A stretch of DNA of 64,000 nucleotides from an uncultured Bdellovibrionales bacterium (GCA_964609855.1 CAZSTB010000007.1:94-64093); one strand, 5' to 3'; positions 47,797 to 59,061 are shown, counted from the first letter of the stretch. A program made the numbers and translations. Notes: generated by a model from the sequence alone, not told the origin.

Positions 47797-50061
47797 TTAA
47801 TTGTTTATTTTTTTTAAAGCTTCGATTTGTGATTTAATATTCTCAATATCTTCTTTTAATAATTGATTTTGATGATCCTGCTCTTCAATTTGTTTTTGCT
47901 GTTCTTTGATTGCGCTCAGTAAAATAGGGGTCATCTTGGAGTAGTCCATACCCGTAACATACCCTGGAGCATCTTTATCCCAAGAAACAACTTCGGGGAA
48001 ATACTTACCAACTTCTTCGCCAATAAATCCAAGGTCTTTTTGTCCACCATGTTCTTCATCCCAGTTATAGTATACAGCTGAAATATTATTTATTTTTTCA
48101 AGAACATTGTCCAGTTCCATCACATTTTTCTTCCAGCGACCAGAAGAAGCTGCACCATAATTTACGCCAGGTCCTGCAGCATAAAAATCATATGCCCATC
48201 CATTTCCATAAACACCCGTACTGCCAGCATTATTACTAGACCCATAGACACCATAAGTCGTACCATCACCAAAAACACCCGCTATATTTCCCATTCCATA
48301 TATACCATAATCGCCTACGCCATTTACTCCCTTAGTACCACCCACTAGAGGAGCCTCTCCTGTAACTCCAGTATTCGTACCTACTCCATATGCTCCATAT
48401 GCTGACCCCGTATTGGCATATAATGCCGTATTTGCATAGCCAGCTGCACCAATACTCAATTTTGAAAGTGGAGCACTTGTTCCAATTCCAACATTACCAG
48501 TTCCAGTAATGAGAGCGTATCCCGATCCTGAGGTAAAGTAACCACCAGTTCCGCTTATAGCTGTACCATACACACCAATTCCAGTTGCCCTATTTTGTGC
48601 ATCCCCCCAAACCCCAGTCAAGCCTTGTCCAACCACTCCAGCACCTCCGGTAGTGTTTTGATTAAAACCATAAACACCCTGAGAAGAAACTCCAGAGCCC
48701 TGACCAACAACTCCAGTACCCCCATATCCATAAATACTCCAACCGGCTTGACCATTACCACCGACACTCAACTTTGCAGCAGGCGCTGCAGTTCCAATTC
48801 CCACATTCGTTCCGTTATCGAAAATCTGAGAATTTCCAATCGCAGTTACACTTGTTAATTTAGGAATATAATTTGCGGTTCCACCTCCAGTTATGGTTCC
48901 GCCACCACCAACCGGCCAACTATTTATACAACTAGCTCCAATACAAAATTGGGTATTCGCCCTGACAGTTGTTGCTTGCATTTCGCCTGGCGCATAAACA
49001 TTACCCGCGCCATATGCCCTAATCCAAGTGTTATCAGTCATATTCCATCCGCCGCCATGATCTTGGAAATAAAATCCGGAATCGCCTTGTGCCCTAAACC
49101 AACCATTGGCATATATGGTGCTAACTTGAGATGCGCCATTTGGATCAAGATAATAACCGGAATTATTAGCATCATAAAAAATTGCGGCGTATTCAGCGCC
49201 ATCAGAACCGCTATAATGATTTCCTTGCCAATTGTTTAGTGAGAGCTTGCCACCAAGAATATTGGAAATCCAGTCGCCAGCCCATGCCATATAGATATTG
49301 CCATTACTCGCATAGTGGTTTCCATACTGCCATGAATCCCAGTTAATACTGTTTGCAGCAGTTGGCCAACTGGCTATACAACTTCCTCCAATGCAAAAAC
49401 CTCCATCCCCCCGTACTTGCCCAGCCGTGTAAGAGTTTCCATTAGTATAAACACCCCAAGAAGAACTTGGATAACCCAAATATGTATAGTAACCAGAATT
49501 GTTTTCAGCATACAATCCCCCGGTATTTTTAAAATATCCACCCAAACCGATACTACTGAGTAGTGTTGTGCCGCCAGTTCCATTTATCGTAACTTCACCA
49601 TGCGTAATCAGCCCCCCATCAAGATCAAGGTTGAATAATTTAGAGTTTCCATATGGATCAACCTTATAGTCACCATTATTCACATCAACAAACTGACTGC
49701 CATAAGAATATCCGTTCGCCCAAATATTGTGCGCTGCCAAACCCTGTCCGCCATAAACGCTGCCGGCCGCATCGCCGACATATAACCATGGCCCGCTAGA
49801 ATTCAATGACTGATTACCTATTCCAATCCCACCCGTGCCGTAAGTTCCCCCGCCGGTAATTTTCAGATATCCCGCCTTGGTTTGTGTGGCAGTACCTTCA
49901 TTTATCGGTGCGCCAATGTTTCCACCTGGAGGATTGGTTGTCGGCTCAGTCCAAGCAGAAACCATCCTCACTGATTGAAGTACAAAAAAGACAAGCGCTG
50001 CCAAAGTTAGATAGTTAATAGCTTTTTTAACCTTTCTTTTGGATTCTTTTTTTATTTCCAT
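47797..50061 (-). CDS. Gly-rich surface protein with C-terminal intramolecular-chaperone (peptidase S74 / tail-fibre-like) domain and coiled coil
   Basis: 754 aa; N-terminal anchor then 'W.EPT.NPPGGN.GAPIN.G'; C-terminal '...KKNVMELDNVLEKINNISAVYYNW...LGFIGEEVGKYFPEVV...MDYSKMTPILLSAIKEQQKQIEEQ' matches S74 auto-processing domain pattern. Confidence 0.6.
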   Translation of the reverse strand: MEIKKESKRKVKKAINYLTLAALVFFVLQSVRMVSAWTEPTTNPPGGNIGAPINEGTATQTKAGYLKITGGGTYGTGGIGIGNQSLNSSGPWLYVGDAAGSVYGGQGLAAHNIWANGYSYGSQFVDVNNGDYKVDPYGNSKLFNLDLDGGLITHGEVTINGTGGTTLLSSIGLGGYFKNTGGLYAENNSGYYTYLGYPSSSWGVYTNGNSYTAGQVRGDGGFCIGGSCIASWPTAANSINWDSWQYGNHYASNGNIYMAWAGDWISNILGGKLSLNNWQGNHYSGSDGAEYAAIFYDANNSGYYLDPNGASQVSTIYANGWFRAQGDSGFYFQDHGGGWNMTDNTWIRAYGAGNVYAPGEMQATTVRANTQFCIGASCINSWPVGGGGTITGGGTANYIPKLTSVTAIGNSQIFDNGTNVGIGTAAPAAKLSVGGNGQAGWSIYGYGGTGVVGQGSGVSSQGVYGFNQNTTGGAGVVGQGLTGVWGDAQNRATGIGVYGTAISGTGGYFTSGSGYALITGTGNVGIGTSAPLSKLSIGAAGYANTALYANTGSAYGAYGVGTNTGVTGEAPLVGGTKGVNGVGDYGIYGMGNIAGVFGDGTTYGVYGSSNNAGSTGVYGNGWAYDFYAAGPGVNYGAASSGRWKKNVMELDNVLEKINNISAVYYNWDEEHGGQKDLGFIGEEVGKYFPEVVSWDKDAPGYVTGMDYSKMTPILLSAIKEQQKQIEEQDHQNQLLKEDIENIKSQIEALKKINN

Positions 50062-50190
50062 ATTTTATTTTTTAATTAATATTATTATATCACATTTCAT
50101 AAATCACTGCAAATTGTTTTAAGTAAAAAAGTAAACAAAATAAAAAATAGGCACAAGCCTATTTTTTAAGAATCTTAAATTTTACTCAAC

Positions 50191-51273
50191 TCATGGTGCT
50201 ACCTCTCGCCATGTGCCAGTTTGTCTGCCTTTGCACTGATTATCTTGCGTGCATTCTTTTTTTATACAAACATCAGGATTGGTAGTAGCAACTGAAGATG
50301 CATTACATACCTGAGAGCCGCAAGTGTAATCAAAGCAAGCCGTAAAGATGTTTCTAATTTCCGTTGTTGTTCCCATAGAGTTTGTGCATTCAACCTTGTA
50401 AAAAACATTTGGAGCGCTTTGATCTAGATTGGTAATGTTGTCCACATTCGGACTTGGAGATACAACTGTTTCACTAAATTCTCCAGCGCTTTGATATGTG
50501 ACACCATCCTCACTCCAACTTTCACTGCATTGAGTTGCGTCATCAACTCTCCATGTGAGTTTAACTAAGTCCGTTTTTGTTTTCCAATCAGGAGTTGCAA
50601 CGATATCAATAACCGAAGGCGAGGCTGCAAATGTAATCATTGGCGTAACCTTTGCTTTTATCTCAAAAGCAAATGCGCCCAAACCTTGAATGGAGCCGTT
50701 TTTAATCTCCTCACCATTCCAAGCATAACCAGTAAGTTTATTGGTAACGGGATTTACCTTGACGCCATATCCAGCTACGGCTGTGTCCATTTGAATCCAA
50801 CCCTCCCATCCACCAGAATTGCCAATTGCTGAAGCTTCTGCAATTGAGACTACTCTCGCCCAGCCTTTTAGGTTATCGCCTACGCGCGAAACTCCTGTAG
50901 TAGCGTTTCCATCAGGGTTGTTGCAAGAGGCGGCTTTGTATTGCTGTTTTGTTGTATCTGGAATTCCGGTTGTGCAATGTTCTTGTGGATTGAAATCAAT
51001 CCAACCATAATTTGAAGACCAAGCAAATCCGGTAAGATTTTCATTGCCGCCAGGCAGCATAACGCCGTATGCTGCGCCGTTTCCTGCATCAGGTGTTCCA
51101 CTACTGAGACTTATCCATCCCACCCCGGATGAATTTCCGACTAAATCAGTCGATCCGCCCCAAATCCAACCGAGAAGACTGGATGCGGCTTGGGCGTATT
51201 GAAACTTCAAAAATGTTGAAATTCCAAAGACGGCAGTAAAAATCAGAACTGAAAATAATATTTTGTTTTTCAT
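50191..51273 (-). CDS. Hypothetical secreted Cys-rich protein with GW repeats (paralog of 45534-46724)
   Basis: 360 aa; 'GWIWGGSTDL', 'GFAWSSNYGWIDFN', 'GWARVVSI', C-terminal 'GTWREVAP'. Confidence 0.55.
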   Translation of the reverse strand: MKNKILFSVLIFTAVFGISTFLKFQYAQAASSLLGWIWGGSTDLVGNSSGVGWISLSSGTPDAGNGAAYGVMLPGGNENLTGFAWSSNYGWIDFNPQEHCTTGIPDTTKQQYKAASCNNPDGNATTGVSRVGDNLKGWARVVSIAEASAIGNSGGWEGWIQMDTAVAGYGVKVNPVTNKLTGYAWNGEEIKNGSIQGLGAFAFEIKAKVTPMITFAASPSVIDIVATPDWKTKTDLVKLTWRVDDATQCSESWSEDGVTYQSAGEFSETVVSPSPNVDNITNLDQSAPNVFYKVECTNSMGTTTEIRNIFTACFDYTCGSQVCNASSVATTNPDVCIKKECTQDNQCKGRQTGTWREVAP

Positions 51274-51299
51274 TTTATTTTAGATGACTCGCAAAATTA

Positions 51300-52526
51300 T
51301 TAGTTTCCGTATTGCACTTCAAGCGTGCAATCTATATCGCCCTGACCTGGATCATCGTCCGTATTAGCACCCTGGAGATAAATCGTTTTTCCAGCTGGTA
51401 TATTCAAACCGACTCTGGTGGAATCTAAGGCAATGCCACCGCCACTATCGCTCAGGCAAATATTAATATTACCATTGTTGTCTGCTGTCCAAGCCGGAGC
51501 CGGAATAACACATTGGTAGGATGTGCCACCATCAGGGCCACCTCCCATATCAACTGCTGTGAGTGTACCTGAACCTGCTGAACAAGTAGGGGTACCAGTA
51601 TCCCAACTAGCGTTTGTAGATATTGGGTATACATTATTATTCACATTGTTTCTACACCCAGCAGCCGCAGACGCTTCAGATTGTGTAGCAACAAACATAT
51701 TCCCATCGCCCCAATAAGCATAGCAAAAACCATTATTAACAGCAGAAACTCTAGCTTTCATGGCTACAATTTTCTTAGATGAAACAAAAGATTTTTTGGT
51801 ATTTGCATCTATAGTACTGAAGCCCCATCCTCTTAAATCATTATGCACATCTATAGTGACGGCATCTATTTTGAACCATGAACCGGAGGCTGCAGCCATA
51901 TTTGAATTGAATGGACAGCATTTTGTTGGCGATTTCATGTAATAACCCTCTTTACACTGTGTATTCGTGGCATCAATAGCATGGCATAAACTTGCATCAA
52001 CACTTTGTTCAAGTCCCGTTGTCTGCACTGAGCCGTCGGCAAATTTCACACCGCCGCCGCCGATAACAATTCCACCTTCCGGTGTTCTTCCAAGAGCTTT
52101 AGACGCTTGTTTTTTTCCTTCGAAATGAGCTTCCTCGATAGTGCGAGCCTTGATTACGACATCCACAGCTAACTGAAGATCTATCTTATCAAGAACTCCA
52201 TCTCCCGAAATATCACCCTCCACGAATTGCTCCTTTGTGGGTGTCCATTTTCCAGTTAAAAAATTACTTGTAGTAGTTACATCGGTAATACTGAGAATTC
52301 CATCGTTATTAACATCTCCATCTCCGCCACCAATATATAAAGCGCCTTCTCTGTATTGAGCGGTATCGCCGATATTTATGGGTGCGTCAACATTTCCACC
52401 AGGAGCAGGTTGCGTTGGAGCAACCCATCCCGCTGATGCAAAATTGTCATCAGTTACGATGAAAACTGCCAACAAAACTATCAGGGATAATTTCAAAAAC
52501 GAAGATTTAAACAAGAGAGCTTTCAT
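51300..52526 (-). CDS. Hypothetical exported protein with dockerin-like Ca-binding repeats
   Basis: 408 aa; shares N-terminal 'GWVAPTQPAPGGNVDAPINIG' motif with 47797 gene; 'GDVNNDGILSITDV' and 'GDISGDGVLDKIDLQLAVDVV' dockerin-type repeats. Confidence 0.5.
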   Translation of the reverse strand: MKALLFKSSFLKLSLIVLLAVFIVTDDNFASAGWVAPTQPAPGGNVDAPINIGDTAQYREGALYIGGGDGDVNNDGILSITDVTTTSNFLTGKWTPTKEQFVEGDISGDGVLDKIDLQLAVDVVIKARTIEEAHFEGKKQASKALGRTPEGGIVIGGGGVKFADGSVQTTGLEQSVDASLCHAIDATNTQCKEGYYMKSPTKCCPFNSNMAAASGSWFKIDAVTIDVHNDLRGWGFSTIDANTKKSFVSSKKIVAMKARVSAVNNGFCYAYWGDGNMFVATQSEASAAAGCRNNVNNNVYPISTNASWDTGTPTCSAGSGTLTAVDMGGGPDGGTSYQCVIPAPAWTADNNGNINICLSDSGGGIALDSTRVGLNIPAGKTIYLQGANTDDDPGQGDIDCTLEVQYGN

Positions 52527-52547
52527 ATTTTTCTTTTTAACTTATTA

Positions 52548-52862
52548 TTATTCAATTCCCATTTCTCTAAAGAGCCTTGCTCCTTCCTCTGCGGAGATAG
52601 CTTTTTTCTTTTCCGGATCACTCTCTGCTTCAACCTTGGCGGTCATCTCTTCAAATCTTTTTTCCAGGTCTTTTTCTGAAATTACGCTTTGCCCATCATC
52701 AGTGTTACTAGTCGATTCATTTCCATTGATCATTTTTGTGCCAGCATTTTTAAGCGCACTTCCGACTGGCAGCTTTTCTTTTGCAAGAAAAATTACCAAA
52801 CCAGTCGCTATCATAAGTAGCACCAGCAATATCCCGATTATGATTTTCATTTTACGATTCAT
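52548..52862 (-). CDS. Hypothetical small membrane-anchored protein
   Basis: 104 aa; N-terminal TM 'IIIGILLVLLMIATGLVIFL'. Confidence 0.45.
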   Translation of the reverse strand: MNRKMKIIIGILLVLLMIATGLVIFLAKEKLPVGSALKNAGTKMINGNESTSNTDDGQSVISEKDLEKRFEEMTAKVEAESDPEKKKAISAEEGARLFREMGIE

Positions 52863-52966
52863 TTTTGTTTGAATTATTTATTTAAATTTGAAACAGTTTC
52901 AAAGTTAGAACTAAAAAAATTATATCACAAAAATTGTAAAAAGTTAAATTGCATCTCGAAAGTAAA

Positions 52967-52994
52967 TTAATTACGTAATTAATTACGTAATTAA
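52967..52994. repeat. Perfect 28-bp palindrome TTAATTACGTAATTAATTACGTAATTAA (second copy of the 20585 palindrome)
   Basis: Self-complementary, between rsmI stop and the upstream end of the surface-protein cluster. Confidence 0.5.
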
Positions 52995-53669
52995 TCAGTA
53001 AACAATTATCACAAATTCCCCTTTCACTTTAGGGGCATTTTCCTGAAAATATTTCAGCACATCGCCGATTGAACCGCGCACCGTTTGTTCAAACATTTTA
53101 GTCAGTTCCCTGCCTAAGATTATTTTTTTATCCGGTGCGAATTGTTCAAGCAGTTCCAGATTTTTCAGAACTCGGTGCGGAGATTCATAATAGATAACCG
53201 GCATCTCAGAAATTGCAACTTTCTTGAAATATGTTTCGCGTCCTTTCTTGTGGGGAGGAAAACCTAAAAAACAAAATTGCTGCATGTCGATTCCCGCCAC
53301 GCTGATTATGGAGGCTATGGCGGAAGGACCCGGAATTGGCTGCACTTGGATGTCAGCAAGATAGGCAGCTTCCACTAACATATTTCCAGGATCAGAAACT
53401 CCCGGGGTTCCCGCATCAGTAACTAAAGCTACATCCTTTCCGATTTTCAAATCCTCAATTATTTTCTGAATTTTTCCGTTGTCAGAATGTTGATGAAAAG
53501 CGATGGTAGAAGTTTCTATGTTATAATGGTTCAAAAGCTTTTTAGTGACGCGTGTGTCTTCGCAAGCAATCAAATGTACCTCTTTTAAAATCCTCAGCGC
53601 CCTGAGAGTTATATCCTCCAAATTTCCAATGGGAGTAGCGACGATATACAGAATGCCATTTTTATTCAT
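52995..53669 (-). CDS. rsmI: 16S rRNA (cytidine1402-2'-O)-methyltransferase RsmI
   Basis: 224 aa; 'LYIVATPIGNLEDIT.RA...L..V..IACEDTR' tetrapyrrole-methylase fold signature. Confidence 0.88.
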   Translation of the reverse strand: MNKNGILYIVATPIGNLEDITLRALRILKEVHLIACEDTRVTKKLLNHYNIETSTIAFHQHSDNGKIQKIIEDLKIGKDVALVTDAGTPGVSDPGNMLVEAAYLADIQVQPIPGPSAIASIISVAGIDMQQFCFLGFPPHKKGRETYFKKVAISEMPVIYYESPHRVLKNLELLEQFAPDKKIILGRELTKMFEQTVRGSIGDVLKYFQENAPKVKGEFVIIVY

Positions 53670-53775
53670 AAAAATGAATTTATAATTTTTAATTTAAAAT
53701 TTTTAATCAATTTTCAAATTCTAATTTAAAATTTTAATTTTATTTCAAATTAAAATTTTCAAATTTAAAATTATT

Positions 53776-54237
53776 ATGATTTTAACCACTCACGCCCTCG
53801 TCGGTGCAGCTATTGGCAAGTATGTTTCAAACCCTATTGCTTTAATCACAATCCTGATTCCGCTTCATTATACCATGGATATTTTTCGCCATGGAGAATA
53901 CTTAGGGAAAAAAGCTACTTTTAAAAACACTTGGTGGAAAGTTACATTTGATCTTTTTGGTGGAATATCGATAATTCTACTTACAATGGGAATTCAAGAG
54001 ACTAATGCAGCAGTTTTTTTCTCGATCATGCTAGGCGCTTTCATTTCGATGTTTCCCGATCTCCTCACCGTACTCTATTGGAAACTAGACTTTAAATTTC
54101 TAGGAAAAATATACCGCCTTCATCAATTTGTGCATCGCTTTCCAGATGGATCTCCTGAGCGAGCATGGACATTTCGAAATGCGGTGAATGATATTATATT
54201 TTCAATTGTGGCAACAATATTCTTGCTTATTTTATAA
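53776..54237 (+). CDS. Hypothetical integral membrane protein
   Basis: 153 aa; 4 predicted TM helices. Confidence 0.5.
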   Translation: MILTTHALVGAAIGKYVSNPIALITILIPLHYTMDIFRHGEYLGKKATFKNTWWKVTFDLFGGISIILLTMGIQETNAAVFFSIMLGAFISMFPDLLTVLYWKLDFKFLGKIYRLHQFVHRFPDGSPERAWTFRNAVNDIIFSIVATIFLLIL

Positions 54238-54357
54238 ATTGCTTCGCATATTTAGATTTTAAATCTCAATGTTTTGCTCCAAGCTTATCCTCGGGACAAA
54301 ATCTAAATATCAAATAAATGACCAAATCCAAATGTCTAAATTACGATTTCGGACTTA

Positions 54358-54399
54358 GGATTTTATTTGTCATTTGTCATTAAGATTTTAGATTTTCCC
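54358..54399 (-). repeat. Conserved stop-codon-flanking motif (copy 3 of 3), 3' of uvrA; part of a ~50-bp imperfect palindrome
   Basis: minus-sense GGGAAAATCTAAAATCTTAATGACAAATGACAAATAAAATCC directly after TAA. Confidence 0.4.
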
Positions 54400-57192
54400 T
54401 TAGAGGTATTTCGCTGTCCAGCTCTTTTTATCTTTCTTTAATTTATCTGGCGTACCCTCAAATGTAAGTTGCCCCCCGAGATCGCCGCCATCTGGTCCCA
54501 ATTCAATCACCCAATCCGCATCGCGTACAACATCCAGATTGTGCTCAACCACAATCACGGAATTTCCCTTATCCACCAAAGCATTCAGCACGATAAGCAA
54601 TCTGCGAATATCATCGAAATGCAGACCAGCGGTTGGTTCATCAAGAATATAGAGCGTGCTACCCGTGGATTTTCTTGCCAGCTCTGTAGCCAGCTTAATT
54701 CTCTGCGCCTCGCCGCCGGAAAGATTAGTTGCGCTTTGTCCAAGCTTAAGATATCCCAGTCCTACATCTTCCATCGTTTTCAATTTTTCCGCAATCAAAG
54801 GATGCTTAGCAAAAAAACGTAAAGCTAAGCGCACATCCATATCTAAAATCTGAGCAATATTAAAACCTTTGTATTCAATTTCCAGAGTTTTCTTGGAAAA
54901 TCTCGTGCCGCCGCAAGCTTCGCATTTTACATACATATCTGGCAGCAGATGCATTTCAATTTTTTTAGAACCCTCGCCCTGACATACTTCGCAGCGACCA
55001 CCTTTCATATTGAAACTGAAACGACTTGCATTGTATCCTCGGTTCTTCGCTTCTTCCACTCCTGCAAAGAGATCGCGAATGTGCGAAAATACGCCTGTAT
55101 AGGTCGCAGCATTTGAACGCGGCGTTCTACCGATCGGATTTTGATTGATGCTGATAACCTTTTTTACATATTCAAAACCTTTTATTTTTTTGTATTTTCC
55201 AGGCAAATCCTTAGTGTTATAAAAATGTCTCGAAAGCGCTTTTGCTAAAATATTTTTCACCAAAGTTGATTTTCCACTTCCGGAAACGCCGCAAATCGCC
55301 ACGAATTTTTCTAGCGGAATTTTAACGTCAACATTTTTTAAATTGTGTTCCGCTGCGCCGATAATTTCTATGAATTTTCCGCTGCCGCTACGATATTTTT
55401 TCTTATCAGAAACTTTTTTCTTTTTGGAAATATACTGGGCGGTCAAATTATTACCGCTCATCAGTTTTTTATAATCACCCTCAAAAACCACAATACCGCC
55501 CTCTTCTCCAGCACCCGGTCCCATGTCCACAATCCAATCAGCCGCTCTAATGATGCTCTCATCATGTTCTACAACTATAAGCGAATTTCCTACGTGTTGC
55601 AGATCTTTTATAGTTGCGATTAGTTTTTCAGTGTCGCGACTATGCAGCCCGATAGAAGGTTCATCTAAAACATACACGATTCCCATCAATTGAGAATTAA
55701 GCTGCGCCGCCAAGCGAATGCGCTGAGCTTCTCCGCCAGAAATAGTCTGCACGCTGCGACCAAGATTGAGATATTCCAATCCCACATTTTCCAAGGCCCT
55801 TAACCTTTGCAACACCTCCCTGATGATCGGCGCTGCAATATTCTTTTCCTTGCTCGTTGCAGACCAATTATCAGAAGCTGCAAAAAATTCTCGCAGATGA
55901 GTGATACTCATCGAAACCATCTTATCGATAGTTAATCCTTGCACTTTCACTGCTAAAAATTCTTTCTTAAGTCTTCTGCCATCGCAGACGCCACACGTAT
56001 GCGCGCTCATATATTTTTCAATTTCCGTTCTGACATAATCAGATTTTGTCTCCAAATATTTTTTCTCTAAGGATGAAATAACACCCTCAAAACCCTCAGT
56101 GCCATAAAACACGGCCTTAAATTGAACCGCTGTCAGCTTCTTAACGGGCACATCCAAAGAAAATTTATATTTCTTTGCAACGTCCTTGAGTGTCATAAGT
56201 TGAGCGCTTTGACCGGAAAGTTTTCCGCCCGCTTTACTCCAAGGCTGAATAGCACCCTCAAGTAGGGATAAGTTTTTGTTTGGTATTATCAATTCCTCAT
56301 TCACCTTTAATGTATATCCGAGACCTGAACAGGTGTCGCACGCACCCTCGGGACTATTGAAAGAAAAATGTCTTGGCGTAACCTCTTTGATTTTAACTCC
56401 ACATTGACCACAGAAAAAATCCTGGTTATAACTGCGTTCCTCGACATTGTCAAAAAGAATCTTAATAGTATTAGAGCCCATCTTCATCGCTGTTTCAATC
56501 GAATCAGCCATACGTTCAACATCCGGTTTTTTCTTATCTAAAACAATACGATCGATAACCATTTCAATGTCAGTCTGGATTTCTGAATCGTCAAGCATCA
56601 TTGCCTCAGCAACTGTAATCATTTTTCCATTGAAACGCACCCTGGCATAACCTTGTTGTCCGATATGCTTCAAAAGATCCTTACCAGTTGCCGCATCCTT
56701 CGGCTTGGCGAGAATAGCTACTTGGGTGTGATGAGAAAAAGTCAAAATCTCATCCAAGATTTCACTATTACTGCGTTTTTGCATACTTGCGCCGCATTCC
56801 GGACAATGCAGAATTCCGATTTTAGCAAACATGATTCGCAAGTAATCATACACTTCCGTAAGCGTTCCTACTGTTGAACGCGGTGAACGTGAAACACTTT
56901 TTTGATCGATGGAGATTGGCGGTGAAAGATTTTCTATCTTATCTACATCCGGTTTCACTTGCGGATCAAGAAAGTTTCGTGCGTAAGAAGACAGCCCCTC
57001 CATGTAACGGCGATTTCCTTCCGCATAAATTGTGTCGAATGCTAATGATGATTTTCCACTTCCTGAAAGCCCAGTAATCACGACGAATTTATCGCGCGGA
57101 ATATTTACATCGATATTTTTAAGATTATTAACCCTGGCACCCTTTATCACTATCTTATTAGCATTATCAGTTGAAGATTTTTTAGAAGCCAT
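54400..57192 (-). CDS. uvrA: Excinuclease ABC subunit A
   Basis: 930 aa; two ABC modules ('[14 protein letters not shown]', '[11 protein letters not shown]'), zinc fingers 'C..CGG', signature 'LSGGE.QR'. Confidence 0.95.
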   Translation of the reverse strand: MASKKSSTDNANKIVIKGARVNNLKNIDVNIPRDKFVVITGLSGSGKSSLAFDTIYAEGNRRYMEGLSSYARNFLDPQVKPDVDKIENLSPPISIDQKSVSRSPRSTVGTLTEVYDYLRIMFAKIGILHCPECGASMQKRSNSEILDEILTFSHHTQVAILAKPKDAATGKDLLKHIGQQGYARVRFNGKMITVAEAMMLDDSEIQTDIEMVIDRIVLDKKKPDVERMADSIETAMKMGSNTIKILFDNVEERSYNQDFFCGQCGVKIKEVTPRHFSFNSPEGACDTCSGLGYTLKVNEELIIPNKNLSLLEGAIQPWSKAGGKLSGQSAQLMTLKDVAKKYKFSLDVPVKKLTAVQFKAVFYGTEGFEGVISSLEKKYLETKSDYVRTEIEKYMSAHTCGVCDGRRLKKEFLAVKVQGLTIDKMVSMSITHLREFFAASDNWSATSKEKNIAAPIIREVLQRLRALENVGLEYLNLGRSVQTISGGEAQRIRLAAQLNSQLMGIVYVLDEPSIGLHSRDTEKLIATIKDLQHVGNSLIVVEHDESIIRAADWIVDMGPGAGEEGGIVVFEGDYKKLMSGNNLTAQYISKKKKVSDKKKYRSGSGKFIEIIGAAEHNLKNVDVKIPLEKFVAICGVSGSGKSTLVKNILAKALSRHFYNTKDLPGKYKKIKGFEYVKKVISINQNPIGRTPRSNAATYTGVFSHIRDLFAGVEEAKNRGYNASRFSFNMKGGRCEVCQGEGSKKIEMHLLPDMYVKCEACGGTRFSKKTLEIEYKGFNIAQILDMDVRLALRFFAKHPLIAEKLKTMEDVGLGYLKLGQSATNLSGGEAQRIKLATELARKSTGSTLYILDEPTAGLHFDDIRRLLIVLNALVDKGNSVIVVEHNLDVVRDADWVIELGPDGGDLGGQLTFEGTPDKLKKDKKSWTAKYL

Positions 57193-57471
57193 ATGTTATA
57201 AAAAATTCTAAATTGTGAATTGAAAATTGTCTAAACAATGGTAGCAGAAAAAACGTCACAAGTAAAGGCTGCTCCCTTTAAGCAAATTCTTGCATTTGTT
57301 ACGGAGCATGTTACGTAACAAAGCTTGTTTATATTATTTTAGGTGCATAAGTCAACTTAAATTATAAAACTAAAGCGCGTGCAATTTTTTAAATTTTCAG
57401 TGAGCAATAAAAAGGGCTACTAGGAATAAATTCCCAATAGCCCTTACTAGTTTCTGACTTAAAGTTTTACG

Positions 57472-59061
57472 TCAATCTTTTTTGCTGCTGATTTCATGGC
57501 CTTCATGTATGCTTTTACCGAAATTGAAACTAAGTGCTGCTCCTATTGAATTCAAATCCCGACTTCTCAAGCCACCATACATCGCGCCTTTTTTCCAAGG
57601 ATACATATCAGAAAAAAATCCCAATGAAATGAACTCTTTGTATATTATTTCCGCAGGCACGACATGCAATCTCCATGTCTTACTCCAGTCTTCGTATTGC
57701 GGACCAAGTCCTGATTTCAAGCTCCAGTTTCCAGAGGTATAGACATGACTGCCTATTAATGAAAAAGTTGGATCCATTTCCATTGCTGTTTTATCGCCCA
57801 AAGAAAACCAGTTTTCATTCATAAGTTCGAGTGTTGATTTCTGATTCAACTGATAGTGAGCTCCAAGCATTGATCCGAGCCTATAATAATTCTCCGATTT
57901 TATTGGTGTCATCTGATTCATATCTTCACTTTCTGCATTCAATTCCATCAGATCGCCAGTGGACATCGCATCCTCGCTTTCCATTGAAATCGTTTTAAGC
58001 ATCGGATCGCCATCCGAAAAAAGAACGGGATTAGATTTTTGACTGACACTCCGAAATGACTTACCTGCCATCACTTTTCCATAAACCATCCTTACCAAAT
58101 GATCTTCGCTATGATCAATATATTTAAGCCCGAGCTGCATTCCTGGCGTAATTGCTCTGATGCGAGCGTTAGAGATTTTATCCTCCCAAGCGCTCGCAAA
58201 TACTCCTACTCCCAGACTAAAATTTTCGCCAAGATTTGGAATATTTGACCAAGCCATATAATCCAGCATTCCTCCAGTCATTTCGTCAACCCTATTTTTT
58301 GACGACATACCATTAAGGGAAAGCTGATTCTCAATTCCGCTTAAAATGGAAGCGCTACGAACAATATCAGCTGCAGCTTCTTTGAGTTCTGGAACATTTT
58401 CGGACATGACATCATCAGATGTAAATTCCAAAGACGGTTCGATAATTGGTTTTTTTACCTCTTGATAAAGCTTGGCAACCATCATATCTAAGGCGCTGGC
58501 GTCCTTTCCTATTTGCGCGATAGCAATTTCTTGTTTTTCTACTTCATCAGCAGCGTCTGCAAATAAGTTAGATCTCTCATCATCTGCGTGAACAATTTCC
58601 ATATTCGCTGCAATTTCTGCACTAACATTTTGCTTTTTAGTTTCAACAATTTTACTACGGTCAACGTCATACTCAATTTCTGGGACTTTTTTCCGTTCCT
58701 CAATTTTCATTTCCTCAATTCCAGACACAGGCGCAAATTTTCTACGCAAAATTTTAAAGCCAATCCTCTTTGTAGAATTGCCCAGTTTTATGATGGCACC
58801 AGCGCGAATCTTGTCGGGATTTTTTATTCCATTTATCCGAGCAAGAAAAATAGCTTTCTTTTCGGTGCCAAAATACTTCAAAGAAATCTTACGCAGCATG
58901 TCACCTTTTTTGATTTCGTAACTCATACCTTTCACACTGTTTGCATTTTGCGAATCAGCAAAAGAATAGGAAACCATCCCGAGCGAAAAAAACAGAAACA
59001 GAAAAAATACCTTGGTCATCTCTTTCATTGCATCCTCCGTGTTTGAGTTAAGGGTTAACAA
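57472..59061 (-). CDS. LysM domain-containing exported protein
   Basis: 529 aa; signal peptide; LysM 'YEIKKGDMLRKISLKYFG...IRAGAIIKL'. Confidence 0.65.
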   Translation of the reverse strand: MLTLNSNTEDAMKEMTKVFFLFLFFSLGMVSYSFADSQNANSVKGMSYEIKKGDMLRKISLKYFGTEKKAIFLARINGIKNPDKIRAGAIIKLGNSTKRIGFKILRRKFAPVSGIEEMKIEERKKVPEIEYDVDRSKIVETKKQNVSAEIAANMEIVHADDERSNLFADAADEVEKQEIAIAQIGKDASALDMMVAKLYQEVKKPIIEPSLEFTSDDVMSENVPELKEAAADIVRSASILSGIENQLSLNGMSSKNRVDEMTGGMLDYMAWSNIPNLGENFSLGVGVFASAWEDKISNARIRAITPGMQLGLKYIDHSEDHLVRMVYGKVMAGKSFRSVSQKSNPVLFSDGDPMLKTISMESEDAMSTGDLMELNAESEDMNQMTPIKSENYYRLGSMLGAHYQLNQKSTLELMNENWFSLGDKTAMEMDPTFSLIGSHVYTSGNWSLKSGLGPQYEDWSKTWRLHVVPAEIIYKEFISLGFFSDMYPWKKGAMYGGLRSRDLNSIGAALSFNFGKSIHEGHEISSKKD

